This document shows positions 26,601-37,882 of a stretch of DNA of 64,000 nt, piece by piece (the first letter of the stretch is position 1; every line of letters starts with the position of its first letter). A model generated the notes under the pieces. The model did not search any database. It was not told the DNA's origin and saw only the letters and a program-made list of their open reading frames with translations. The stretch comes from Antedon mediterranea. Taxonomy: Eukaryota; Animalia; Echinodermata. The position numbers and the translations under genes are program-made. The DNA lies in contig NC_092679.1 in NCBI RefSeq assembly GCF_964355755.1, positions 21,373,432-21,437,431 of the forward strand, written 5' to 3'.

Positions 26601-29600
26601 GGAGAAAGGATTTGAGGCCGAAGTATATGTGTACCCTGACGCTTCAGGTAGGTGTATCCATATTATAAAGTAGATACATTATTTTTCCATTGTGAATTAG
26701 ACTCGAATTATCATCCAGAATTAGATATATTTTTATTGAACTATAGGGAACATGTCCCAGAATTGTCTTTTAGGAAACACTCACCTAAAACCTATATTCA
26801 TCATTATGTTAAGTGAATAACATAATGATATCTATACAGCTATGTTATTTTGTAATTATGTCATCGATTGGATTATGTACGTAATAATTGTCAATATCAG
26901 TATGTTAACGTAACTTTTAGCTACTTAACTTAAGAAAAAGAAAAGGCCTAAAGCATTTAGAGGAGTTTCGTGGTGTGGATTTTTTTTATTTTATTTTTTT
27001 ATTTTTTATTTCTTTATTGCATCAATATAATAATAAATATATAAAAAAAACATAGTATAACACAGACCAAACAAGTTACTAAAATGTATCATAGTCCACA
27101 AATCAGTCTTTCAATGGCCATCATAGTACATCCAGTAACACAAACCAAACGGGGTTCACAATTTGCTTATCATAACTCAGTTTCTGATCATTCACCAATC
27201 ATTGAAAACTCCGTGGAAAGTAATGAAGTTTTTTGTGCGTTGTGTCCTGACTTTGGGGAGGGTGAACGATCTAACGCGTCGGAGCTGATGGTTGTGTGTG
27301 GGAGGTTTAGGTAAGAGAGAGTGTAATCTATGATCTATGGATGTTTTGTGCGTGCTAATCTTGATAATATTTTACTATCTGTATAATATTTGTTTAAACT
27401 CACAGATGGGTTTTGTTCTAATTTTAACGATGGCTATTCTGGTTGGACTGATTATTATGGTAACGATCTATGGATGAGATCCTCTGAACGATATGATGAT
27501 GACAACAACGATTTAGGAAACCGTTACTCAGGATCAGGTAAAATATCTAATATTGTTGTAAGAGTTTCACACTTCCCTGGTTCGATCAATATCAATACCT
27601 AGCCTAACAAGCTATTTTATTTTATGTTGTAAAGACATTCATTTCAATTGATATCTTATTGTTTCAGATGATTGTTACATTTATGTTGCAAACGAATATT
27701 ATGATAGTGGATACAAATATGGCTACCTTAAGAGTCCATATCTGCCAGATAGATGGAATGAAATGTGCCTTAGATTTTATTATTATATGAGTGGAAATTC
27801 AAATCAACAAATTTATGTATATCATTACTCTGACAACTACGGAGGATATAGAGTGTTCACTGAGTATGCTGATTATAGTCAAAGATGGAAGTCTGCAAGT
27901 GTTACTATCAACACTTTCAATAAATATAATTCTTACTTGAGGATAGACGGTAGAGTATATGGTTACACTTACGATACAGAGATAGTTGCTGTTGACGATA
28001 TTTATATCAGTGAGGGAGCATGTTCATATTATCCAGGTATGATTAGTTAATTCATGGACGAATGTATGAAATGTTATTATAATAGTGTGTAAACAATGAA
28101 TTCAAACAACACTAACATTCACGTAATTAAATAAGTAAATCTATATATTGTAGTATATAAGTATATTGATCAAAACGTCGAGAAACTCAACAGTTCTTTT
28201 CAGTTCTATTTATACACGTGGTGTACCATACACTTTCAACATAAATCTTTCTGATTGTAAATCTTTTTTTAACTAGATTTATCTTACATGATAAAAGTTT
28301 GAAGAGTGTTTTTAAAATGTTGTTTATTGATCATTAATGGAATCGAATTACTTTACAGTAAATTATATTTGTTATTTTCACTCAATTTATTTTTACATCT
28401 CTATAGATATACCCCTAGCTACAGCTATTGTTACTGAAGTTTGGGACAGCACAACCTGTAAGTTAAATTTTCTTGGATGTCATTATATTCAACAGCTATG
28501 ATATACACTAGGCAAACCAAGAATTATGTTCCTAAAACACTTACAAGGTGACAGTACACGTAAGAGCGAGCCGTTCAAATGCTGATAATAAAACGGGCTG
28601 CTCAGTTACGCACCTATATTTACTTTAAAATTGGTAAATAGCTTTTCAAAATGTTCTTAAATTCATTAATCTAATATTTAGGCCTACTTTACAGTAGATA
28701 TAATTGTCTTATTTTGAAAATTATCACTAAATTTGCAGTTGAAGATTTCACTGCAGAAGACTTTATCACAATAGGTGAGTTTAATTTTCTCTGATGTTTC
28801 GTCAAACGGTTATGATATAGATAGATATAAACAAAAACTCATTCCTAGATTAACTTTATAACGTAAGCGCGCGTGCAAATAATCGAATGCAACATATGAA
28901 ATGACCTTTAACCACGTGCGCATTTAACATTCTGTTTTAGTACTGTGAATACTTTTATTCTTTAATTTATTGATAATCTAATCAGATTTACTGTACAGTA
29001 AAATAGTTGAATATTTTCACAATTTACAGCTGAAGATTTCACTACAGAAGAGACGATGACTAAATTGGAGAGCACAACCGGTAAGTATAATTGTCTTTAT
29101 AATGTTGTCAAACACTTATTGCCATATAGGCGTAATCCATATGTTCGTAAAAACACTTCCCTAAATCAACTTTGCATAAAGTGATAATATTCAAATGCTG
29201 ATAATAACTAAATATACACGGTACTTATGCATGCATTAACTTTCTGTTAAATATGAAATCATACTCTTTGATTCATTGTTAATCCAATCAGTAGGCCTAC
29301 TTTATAGTAACATTTTATCCTAAAAATTATCACTAAATTTACATTTGTAGATATCAATGTAACAGACGAGACGATAAGCACAACCGGTAAGTATACTTAT
29401 CTTTATTTTGTTGTCGAACGACAATGATGCCTTACTATGACATATACCTAATAAAAAAACTCTAATTAACTTCACAGTATAAAGTTTAATCAGTAGGCCT
29501 AATTTATTGTAAAATAGTTGTTTTCTTCGTGAAAGTTATAACATTAAAAAAAACTTCTTTTGTTTAATTTTGTCATGTGAAACGGTTATGATACAGGCAT

Positions 29601-32600
29601 TCAAGCATGTTTTGTACTTTCTTAGATTAACATTACACTTATTAATAAAATTTGTTAGATGCCGTTTCAAAATGTTGTTTTTTATTACTAAATTATTACT
29701 AAATTTACAGTTGGTAATTATCAAAGTTGGTAAATAGACTTTTAAAATTAAGTTAATTTTAAAAGTTAAAAGAAAGTCAAAAGAAATTGATGATCACGTT
29801 AAATTCCATGTTATGTATTATTTTGTTTATGTTGAAATGAATTTTGAATAAATGACCTTTGGTCAACAAGAAAACCGCTAAAATATATGTTCTACTAAAA
29901 CCAAATTTGAAAATAAAATATTCCTATGACTAGAATCATAAAATAGTAATGGAACGGTAAGTTTAATTTTCTTAGATGTTATTTTCAACGGCTATGATAT
30001 AATGCATAATCAAAGAATCGTGTTCGTAAAACACTATTCGGAATATTATTTCTTTTTATAACTTTCTATGTACCTTTCGCTACAGATATTGTTACTGGAG
30101 AACGGGAGAGCACAACCGGTAAGTTGAATTTTATTTATTATTATTAAAACTTTAGTTTTGATATAGGCCTACTTGTCATCTTGACAATTTTAGGCTATAT
30201 ATCTTCATTTAAGATGTATTAGAATCATTTATGCAATATCTGATTATTTTATCTAGTTACGTTTAGTCCCGATGGTGGCTGTTTAGGTAATTGCGGTGGG
30301 TATGACTCAGTCCAAAACTGCTATTGTGATACGTATTGTGAAACTGCACTCGACTGTTGCTCAGACTATTTCTTGCTGTGTGCAAGTAAGTTAGATTGCT
30401 TAAGAGTTAAGTGATTACAAACGTCCCCACTCGGTATATTTACACATTATTCCACAATGTATCTGTTTGATTAACTTCACATTTAAAATAGTTGTTTCTC
30501 CTGGAAATTATTACAGTGATTTGTTTTTTTATATTTCCTCTTGTCTATAGATGAACCTTTAACTACAAATACGGTTACTGAATGGGATAGCACAACACGT
30601 AAGTTTAATACTTTCATTAATATTAAACGACTGTGATTTTGTGATATAGGCTTAATCCAAAAATTGCAAAACTCTTTCCTAGATTAATTAGAAGTTTAAG
30701 CAATAATACGTGAGAGGGTCGTTTAAATGTTGATAATAACGGAAATGGCCCTAAACGCACCCAACGATTTTCTGTTAAATTTATTATTTAAAGTTAAATA
30801 GCCTTTTAAATGCTGTTTCATATTTTTACATGAAAATTTTCTATACATTTGTTTCATATCTTCTTGTCTATTAGAAGCACCTTTCACTGTAACGGAATGG
30901 TTGGATAGCACAACCAGTAAGTCTTATTTTATTTTATGTCTTATTAAGCTATAAGACAAATTTACGTACGTACGTAAAACACTTTCCCAGATTAAGCTTA
31001 CACTTAATACAGTAAATATTTTTCCTAAATTTGTTGTTATAACCTCTTGTCTATAGGCCTAGATGTAACTTTAGCTACAGATGTTACTGGATGGGATAGC
31101 ACAACCGGTAAGTTTATTTTCTTTTATGTTTTGTTAAATAGTTTTAATACAATAGATTACTGTACGCCCTATAATGAATAAAAATGAAAAAAAAAATATT
31201 TACAAAAAAGATAATAATATTTCAGGATCTGAGGCAACAATGTACACCAAAACAGAAGATATTGTTTTAGTTAAATTATGTTAGCAACAATTTTAAGGAT
31301 TTGTAACATTTTTTTTAAAACTTGAATTGACTAATAAGTTGACAAGTTTTTTTTCAGCAACTCCTTTACCACCGAATATAAAACCATTTCTCTGTGGCAA
31401 CGAAACTCAAATCATAACATCGCCTGGATATCCTAACCAATATGAAAACAACTTAAACATCGAATGGACATTCACTACTCACGTCGAAAGTTTGCTCTCT
31501 GTTGAAATCTACGATTTCTATCTTGAGAACAGCTACGATTATGTGACTATTTACAGTGATGGAGACATGATTGGAAGATTTACTGGTTACAATACACCAC
31601 CGATATCGATATCTACCAGCAACACAGTAACTGTTGTTTTCAGTACAGATGGTAGTGTGGTATATAGAGGATTTCAAGCTAAGGTATCCGTTTACCCTGA
31701 AGCTACAGGTAGATATATACATTCATATTATAAATTTAGTGCCAAGTCTGTTTCCCTCTGTTTTTTTAACATTATGTTAATACGTGGGTAACATAATTAC
31801 ATCATTTAAGCATTGGTTTTATTTTATCGATTGAATCATGTATTGGAGTGGATTGGAGTACTATATATCGATTGTTAGCGTAACTAGAACTATTTTGTAT
31901 ACGAATGAAGTTGTTTCGTAGGTGCGGGTGTTTTTGCGTCTCATCAACATGTACAACATTTATCATTTGCCTAAATATTCATTTCATCTTTTAGATGGAT
32001 TTTGTTCTGATTTCAATGATGGATTTTCTGGCTGGACTCATTCTTATAGTAGTAGTCACAATCAATGGATGAGATCCTCTGAACGATATAATGACGACAG
32101 CGATCTAGGAAACCGTTACTCAGGATCAGGTAGTAATCAGAAAAATAGCTATTATTTATTTAGTCAATCAATACTAACAATATAATTATAATTATAATTT
32201 CATAAAATACGTCACGTTGTCAACAAATAGGTAGGCTGGCCTATTATATAATTATAGATTACGTAAGCCTATTATTAAACTAAACATGTCATTATAAGGT
32301 TTATAATAATTATAAGTAAATAGACAAAAACAGAAACAAAAGTATCATTAAAAACGTTATGAATGTTCATTCATTTGATGCCATTATCTTTTTCAGATGA
32401 TTACTACATTTATGTTGCAAATGAATATGGTCAAAGTGGATCCAGATATGGCTATCTTAACAGTCCAGATATACCAGACAGATGGAATGAAGCGTGTATT
32501 AGATTCTATTACTATATGAGTGGACATTCATATCAATACATTACAGTATATGACAACTACGGACATTCCGTTTTCTACGAATCCGATGATAACAGTCGAC

Positions 32601-35600
32601 AATGGAAGTCTGCAAATGGTACTATCAATACTGTCAGTAAATATAATTTATACCTGACAATAAGAGGTAGAGCATATGGTTACACATACAATACAGAGAT
32701 AGTTGCTGTTGACGATATTTACATCAGTGAGGGCGCATGCTCAGATTATCCAGGTATGATTACCGTAGTACGTATTAATCGACGAATGTGTGACTCACAT
32801 GATTTAATAATTAAATATACTTTTAACTTGATTGATTTTTTGAAAACAATGACTGCAGTCGCGTGCTCAAATTTGAGTTAGTGTTTACCGACCAACCGAC
32901 CAACCGACCAACCGACAGACATTAGTGAGCAGTAGAGTCAAGTTTACACGCGACTAAAATATTTAAATTCAGTTTTAAAATATTCTTGAATTCACCATTA
33001 ATCTCATCAGATGCCTACGGTACTTTACAGGAATATATTCTTTTGCTAAAAACCTAACTCTTTTTTTATATAGATGAACCTACCGAAGAGGTTACTGTAT
33101 GGGCGAGCACAACCGGTAGGTTTTATTTTGGTGGATGTCATTTCAACGGCTGTGATATACCGTAGGCATAATCCAAGAATCATTTCATAACACACTTCCT
33201 CGATTGCACTTTACACTTTACACTTTCTCAAAATGATCACTATATTTCTTAACTTCTTCTATATAGCTGAATATATGAATACTGAAGTATCGGAGAGCAC
33301 AACCGGTAAGTTTAATTGTCTTGGGTGTTATATCCAGCGGCTGTGATATACCGTAGGCCTAGTACAAATCATTTTCGTAAAACAGTTTCCTATATTACAC
33401 TTTCTGAATATGATAATATGACCTAATCCAAGAATCATGTAAAACACTTTCCTAGATTCCACTTTACATTTTCTGAAAACGATCACTAAATTCATTTTTA
33501 TAACCTCTTCTCTATAGATGTAGAAATCACTACTGAAGTATTGGATAGCACAACCGGTAAGTTTAATTTTTTTAATGTCATATGAGTGGCAATGATATAA
33601 TGCCTAAGACAAGATATTCTCTAAATTAACTTAAGAAGTGACACTATATAAGCGGGGTTAGGGTTACGATTAGGGTTGACCTTTTGCTTTTAAATTATAT
33701 CGTTGAGTTGGTAAATAGTTTAATACAGCAAGAATTGTTCTTTCCCAAAATATCTCACTAAATTCGATTTTTTACGTTTTTTCTATAGATATACCTACTA
33801 CAATACCCATCACAGCACATGAAATACCAACCACTACATATGATATACCAACCACTGAAGATGATATACCAACCACTAGATATGATATACCAACCACTGA
33901 AGATGATATACCAACCACTACATATGATATACCAACCCCTGAAGATGATATACCAACCACTGAAGATGATATACCAACCCCTGAAGATGATATACCAACC
34001 ACTAAAGATGCCACCACAAATGATATACCAACCACTGAAGATGCCACCACAGATGGTATACCAACCACTAAAGATGCCACCACAGATGATATACCAACAA
34101 CTAAAGACGATATATTCACAACATCCACCACTACAGGTACGGTTAATCAGGGAAGTTTGAAATTTCACTCTTCCCTGGGTTAATGAATGGGTTACCACAA
34201 ACGGTAAATAAGTCGAACAACACACATAAAAACATATACACAATTTTGATTAAAAATCATTTTTAACTTTTAACTTGATTTATTTAAATTAAGTTGGTAA
34301 ATAGATGTAAATAAAGATGTTGTTTAGTTTATCATTCGTCGGTAGGCATGAATTATCACTTAATTTAGCGTTTTACATTTTGTCTATAGATATACGTTTT
34401 GCTACAGATCCGGTTACTGAATTATGGGATAGCACAGCAGGTAAAGTTTTAATTTTGTTTAATGTCATATTCATCTGATATAATAAGTAGGCGTAAACTT
34501 AGAATTATGTTGTTCGGAAAACATTTTCCTCGATTAACTAGTACAGTTTATAAGAGATTAAGAAATCAGACTGTTTTTTGTTACAGCCCCTGATTGGATA
34601 CAAACTGGTAAGTGTTACTACATACTAATTCTTAACTTTTAAAAGTTTTAAATCATTTTCTTAGATTGCACCTCAAAACTAAAAATGTCAATCTTCTTAT
34701 GTTTGGTTAGTTACAAAGCTAAAGAAGCATTAAAGGGCTGCTTTTCACTAAGGTGAATATATTTGCGAGATTCAAACATTCCTGAGTTCTGATTGGTGGT
34801 GCAATTTTTCACGTCTCAACAATAGATGGAAATAGAATACGCATGCGCATTAGTCAATGTTAAAGATTAGTGCGAATAAATTCGCCTGTGGAAAACCTCT
34901 TTTATTGTAGTCTATTCTTTGATCACTGGTTAGTTTTTTTTGTAATGAAATGTTCGACTTACTCTCGTTTTAGTCTATTTTTTTTAAAGAATAATTACGG
35001 TATGCTGTCTAAACATTGAATCATTTAATTTCTAAATTTTTATTCAGATGTTGTATGTAGTAATTCATACATGACAGTTTACATTGATGCGGCTTCACTT
35101 GGAAGTAACAGCACAGCACACTTTATCGACCCGACGTGTGGCATGATGGGATACACGTATCGTAATGGCATGTATTGGCTGTATTTATATACTAGATACG
35201 ATCAATGTCAAACAACAATAAAGGTAACTGACGATATATAAATATTATAATAAACAGTGAAATTACCACGTGACTAATGAACGTCATTTTAATTGGTTCT
35301 TTTTTTGTTTTTTTCTTTTATCTGATTGTATAATCCTGGATAAAGATGTTATTAAATAAATAAATAATAATAAATGTTGTGTACATTTAAAGCCACTTTT
35401 CTTCACATTTGTAAACAATTTAATTGAAAATTAATTTGTGTAATCCTGGATAAATAAATAAATATAATAAATAATAATAAATGTTGTGTACATTTAAAAC
35501 TAATGACTTTTCTTCACATTTATAAACATTTAAAAATGAATTTGCTTTCCTATTTTCCGTCTTTTTTTCTATCACCATGTCAAATCATTTTTATACTAGT

Positions 35601-37359
35601 TTACATTGGCGTCAACAACTTACCAAAACCAGGTAATTGTATCAAACGAAGGAGATTCCAAGATTTACAGGGATGATGACAGTCGCATAACCATCGAGTG
35701 TGAACTAAAAAACACCGGACGCTCATCGGTTAGTTTTAACCCAGTTGGAACCGAAAATAACTTCCTAAAACACGAACATGACAACTTTACATTCGCAATG
35801 GAGCTATATACCGATAGCAGTTATTCTACTTCATACCCGAGTTGGCAGTATCCGATTGAACTGATTCTTGGAAGTAAAGTATTTGTTGGGGCGAGTGTAA
35901 AAACGTTTAATAAAGATATGGTTGTGTTTGTCGATTCTTGCAAAGCTACACCGAATCCAGACCCTGATGCTAAGCCTAGCTACGATTTAATAAAAAACAG
36001 GTAATAACAACCAGACTATAAGGAATAAATTGACAATTAGCGTGGTCCTATAACTGGATATAACTGGTTCTACATGGGTATGACTGGTTCTACCTGGCTA
36101 TAGCAAGATATACACTAAGCCAGTTATTTCATTTACTTCGATTCCGTCCCAATACCCAAAAACGTCTATAAGGCAAGTTGCAGCCAAACAATGCATATTG
36201 ATCAAACATTCCAATAATTATCGACCTATAGTTGCTCTTTTGTTTCATAATTTGTTTGTGTTGTGATTTTTGTTTTAAAGAAACACTTTCTTATTAGTGA
36301 GAGAATATTTCAAACTATCTAGGAAAATCCCTAAAAATTATGTTGTAAACAGGCTAGATCAACATTACAAAAACTAAACATTGTGGACAAAACAATTTAT
36401 CATATAACTACCATATAAAACAAAGCTTAAATTTGTACATTTTGGCGCCATATAAAATATTATCTACCGTGTAACAGATATGGTAACAAGATCTCCATTA
36501 ACTTGAACACATAACTACTGAAAAGGTCTGACTGGTTTTGATAGCAAAATGTTTCCATTATTCGGAGTCGTTGAACTTATATCTAAATTTAAAGAAACGT
36601 TTCTATTTCTTAAGACAACTAAATACATCCTTTTTATCTTCTGAAGTTGCGGTGTAGACTCGACGGTTAGTTTCGACGGAAAATCAACTTTTGGAGATTA
36701 TTCCTTGGCGTTCTTTTCGTTTGAAACTTTTGGCTTCAGCGGCGAATACTCAACGGTATGAATCATTACAAATGCTAATAATAATGAATTATACCAAGTA
36801 ATATTTTATGAACAGGAACTTAATTGTCATAACTTTTAAGCCAAATAAGTATTCAATCTAGTGCAACAGGCCTAATACTAACTACAAATATAAAAAAATG
36901 CCCACTAAAATCGGTAAATTTCTATAAACTTTATCTTTCAATTTAAATAACAGGTGTTTGTTCATTGTCAATTGTCCATCTGCAATGATAGTGACTGGAG
37001 ATGCTCTAGGAACTGTAAACAACGAAAACGCCGTGACGTCAATCTACCAAATAAGTTGTCTAACAGCATTTCGATTGAACTTGGACCTTTGGTGCTAAAA
37101 AGACCAGACGACAATCCCAACATTATACGCAAGACTGAAGGTACTTTTGGAGTCTCTTAGTGAGCTCATTATATTCTGTAGTCATTTGAATGTGCATTCA
37201 CGGGAACTTGAAATGGAAAGAGATGACAAGAGATGTTTTATTCTTTAATTTTGTATAATTTAATCTGTAATTTATCGAATATTTCTTGTGTTTTGTTAAA
37301 TTAATTAAAAAATTAATTACAAATAAATCTGTACTTTTTCAGAGTCAATATCGAAGTGA
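20586..37359 (+). CDS. Gene A: predicted secreted DMBT1-like mosaic protein SP-SRCR-MAM-CUB-MAM-SMB-CUB-MAM-mucin-ZP (~1514 aa, 31 exons)
   Basis: Exons: 20586-20655, 22018-22329, 23019-23156, 23748-24083, 25018-25113, 26300-26647, 27406-27537, 27668-28036, 28407-28457, 28739-28774, 29030-29080, 29351-29386, 30086-30118, 30257-30385, 30551-30598, 30875-30916, 31063-31107, 31358-31708, 31995-32129, 32397-32753, 33074-33115, 33267-33305, 33518-33556, 33789-34136, 34390-34440, 34587-34607, 35048-35223, 35600-36000, 36647-36755, 36954-37140, 37343-37359; all GT-AG, phase consistent, sum 4545 nt. Confidence 0.85.
22018..22329 (+). CDS. Gene A SRCR domain exon (group A, 6 Cys)
   Basis: IRLVNGG...[23 protein letters not shown]...[10 protein letters not shown]. 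Confidence 0.95.
22620..22932. mobile_element. Kolobok-like MITE
   Basis: ttaa-agatatattgtccc ... ggacaatacatct-ttaa; second copy at 56903-57255 in opposite orientation. Confidence 0.8.
23019..24083 (+). CDS. Gene A MAM domain, type A (exons 23019-23156, 23748-24083)
   Basis: DDFDWSR..GST.S..TGP..GH; ARLRSP; FYYHMYG..MGTLNVY; GDIAIDDI. Confidence 0.92.
24490..24696 (+). mobile_element. Degenerate non-LTR retrotransposon RT fragment
   Basis: SFLTNR...[20 protein letters not shown] resembles the LINE RT motif GVPQGSxLGPxLFxxxIND. Confidence 0.75.
26300..26647 (+). CDS. Gene A CUB domain exon 1
   Basis: CG...ITSPGYP.QY..N....W; [13 protein letters not shown]; [12 protein letters not shown]. 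Confidence 0.92.
26985..27360 (-). mobile_element. LINE 3'-end fragment with A-rich tail
   Basis: Minus strand [11 protein letters not shown]...[21 protein letters not shown] is typical of the ORF2 C-terminus in CR1/L2-group LINEs; T-rich tail near 26985-27018. Confidence 0.65.
27406..28036 (+). CDS. Gene A MAM domain, type B copy 1 (exons 27406-27537, 27668-28036)
   Basis: [10 protein letters not shown]; L.SP; CLRFYYYM.G; [13 protein letters not shown]. Confidence 0.88.
28407..31107 (+). CDS. Gene A Thr-rich micro-exon cluster (8 exons of 33-51 nt) flanking the SMB exon
   Basis: Each exon is ag-flanked, phase 1-1, 3n long, most ending AGC ACA AC.|gtaagt; consensus D-x-P-x-T-T-D-x-V-T-E-W-x-S-T-T. 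Confidence 0.75.
30257..30385 (+). CDS. Gene A somatomedin-B domain exon
   Basis: [35 protein letters not shown] (8 Cys SMB pattern); absent from the ORF track. Confidence 0.9.
31358..32753 (+). CDS. Gene A CUB exon 2 (31358-31708) plus MAM type B copy 2 (31995-32129, 32397-32753)
   Basis: Same motifs as the first CUB-MAM pair; GT-AG, phase 1. Confidence 0.9.
32850..32960 (-). mobile_element. Helentron/DINE-1-like short element (copies ~39950-40047, 40997-41112, 43070-43172, 54695-54800)
   Basis: Subterminal IR AGTCGCGTG/CACGCGACT, internal (CCGA)n microsatellite, terminal hairpin in fuller copies, A/T-run insertion sites. Confidence 0.65.
33789..34136 (+). CDS. Gene A mucin-like exon with 21-bp repeat (DIPTTED)n
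   Basis: GATATACCAACCACTGAAGAT tandem units; 348 nt, phase 1-1; the ORF track shows only other frames. Confidence 0.8.
34148..34177. mobile_element. 30-bp TIR-only insertion with 7-bp TSD (P-element-type footprint)
   Basis: GGTTAAT-cagggaagtttgaaa/tttcactcttccctg-GGTTAAT. Confidence 0.75.
35048..37359 (+). CDS. Gene A ZP module exons and truncated terminal exon
   Basis: [25 protein letters not shown]; [40 protein letters not shown]; furin site RKRR; ELGPLVL patch; then ESISK-stop. Confidence 0.9.
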
Positions 37360-37691
37360 TTGATGGTTCCAAATCAGCCTGGTTGTCTTGGAAATATGAT
37401 ACCACTTTCTGGCTTGAGAAAACAAAGCAATTCTTACCAGAAACTGGAAAACCACTTTGAGGAGATGTGAATGAAAAACTGTTTGCTTTGTTTTAGTTTA
37501 TGCTTAAATATTAAATTTTAAAAATTACAATTGAAATTTGTTTTAGATTTATATTTGTTCTTATGGGTTGCCAACAAAATAGATTGGTGGTGTGGCGTTT
37601 CTAATTTCTCCTCATTTTAGCCTTAGTCTTGTTGTGAGTCAACTATAATAACTCATGCAACAACATTCTTTTAAAACCTTTAACACGTTTA

Positions 37692-37882
37692 AGGGCCTTT
37701 CACACCTGTTCCGGCACGGTTCCGGTCCGGCGAATCGAACGCCAATGTTTCGTTTTCACGACGCTCCACGCGGCCAAGCACCAATCGATATGCGCGTAGC
37801 CGCGTAAAAACGAAACATTGACGTTCGATTGGATTTGCCGTCGCCGGACCGGAACCGTGCCGGAGCAGGTGTGAAAGGCCCT
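37692..37882. mobile_element. PIF/Harbinger MITE in gene A 3' UTR
   Basis: TTA TSD, ~40-bp TIR agggcctttcacacctgttccggcacggttccggtccggcga; absent at the paralogous site in gene B. Confidence 0.9.

Noticed and set aside
33758-34243. Three repetitive ORFs in the track (WYII.., VVGISS.., MIYQPLK..)
   Set aside because: Alternative frames and strands of the DIPTTED mucin exon
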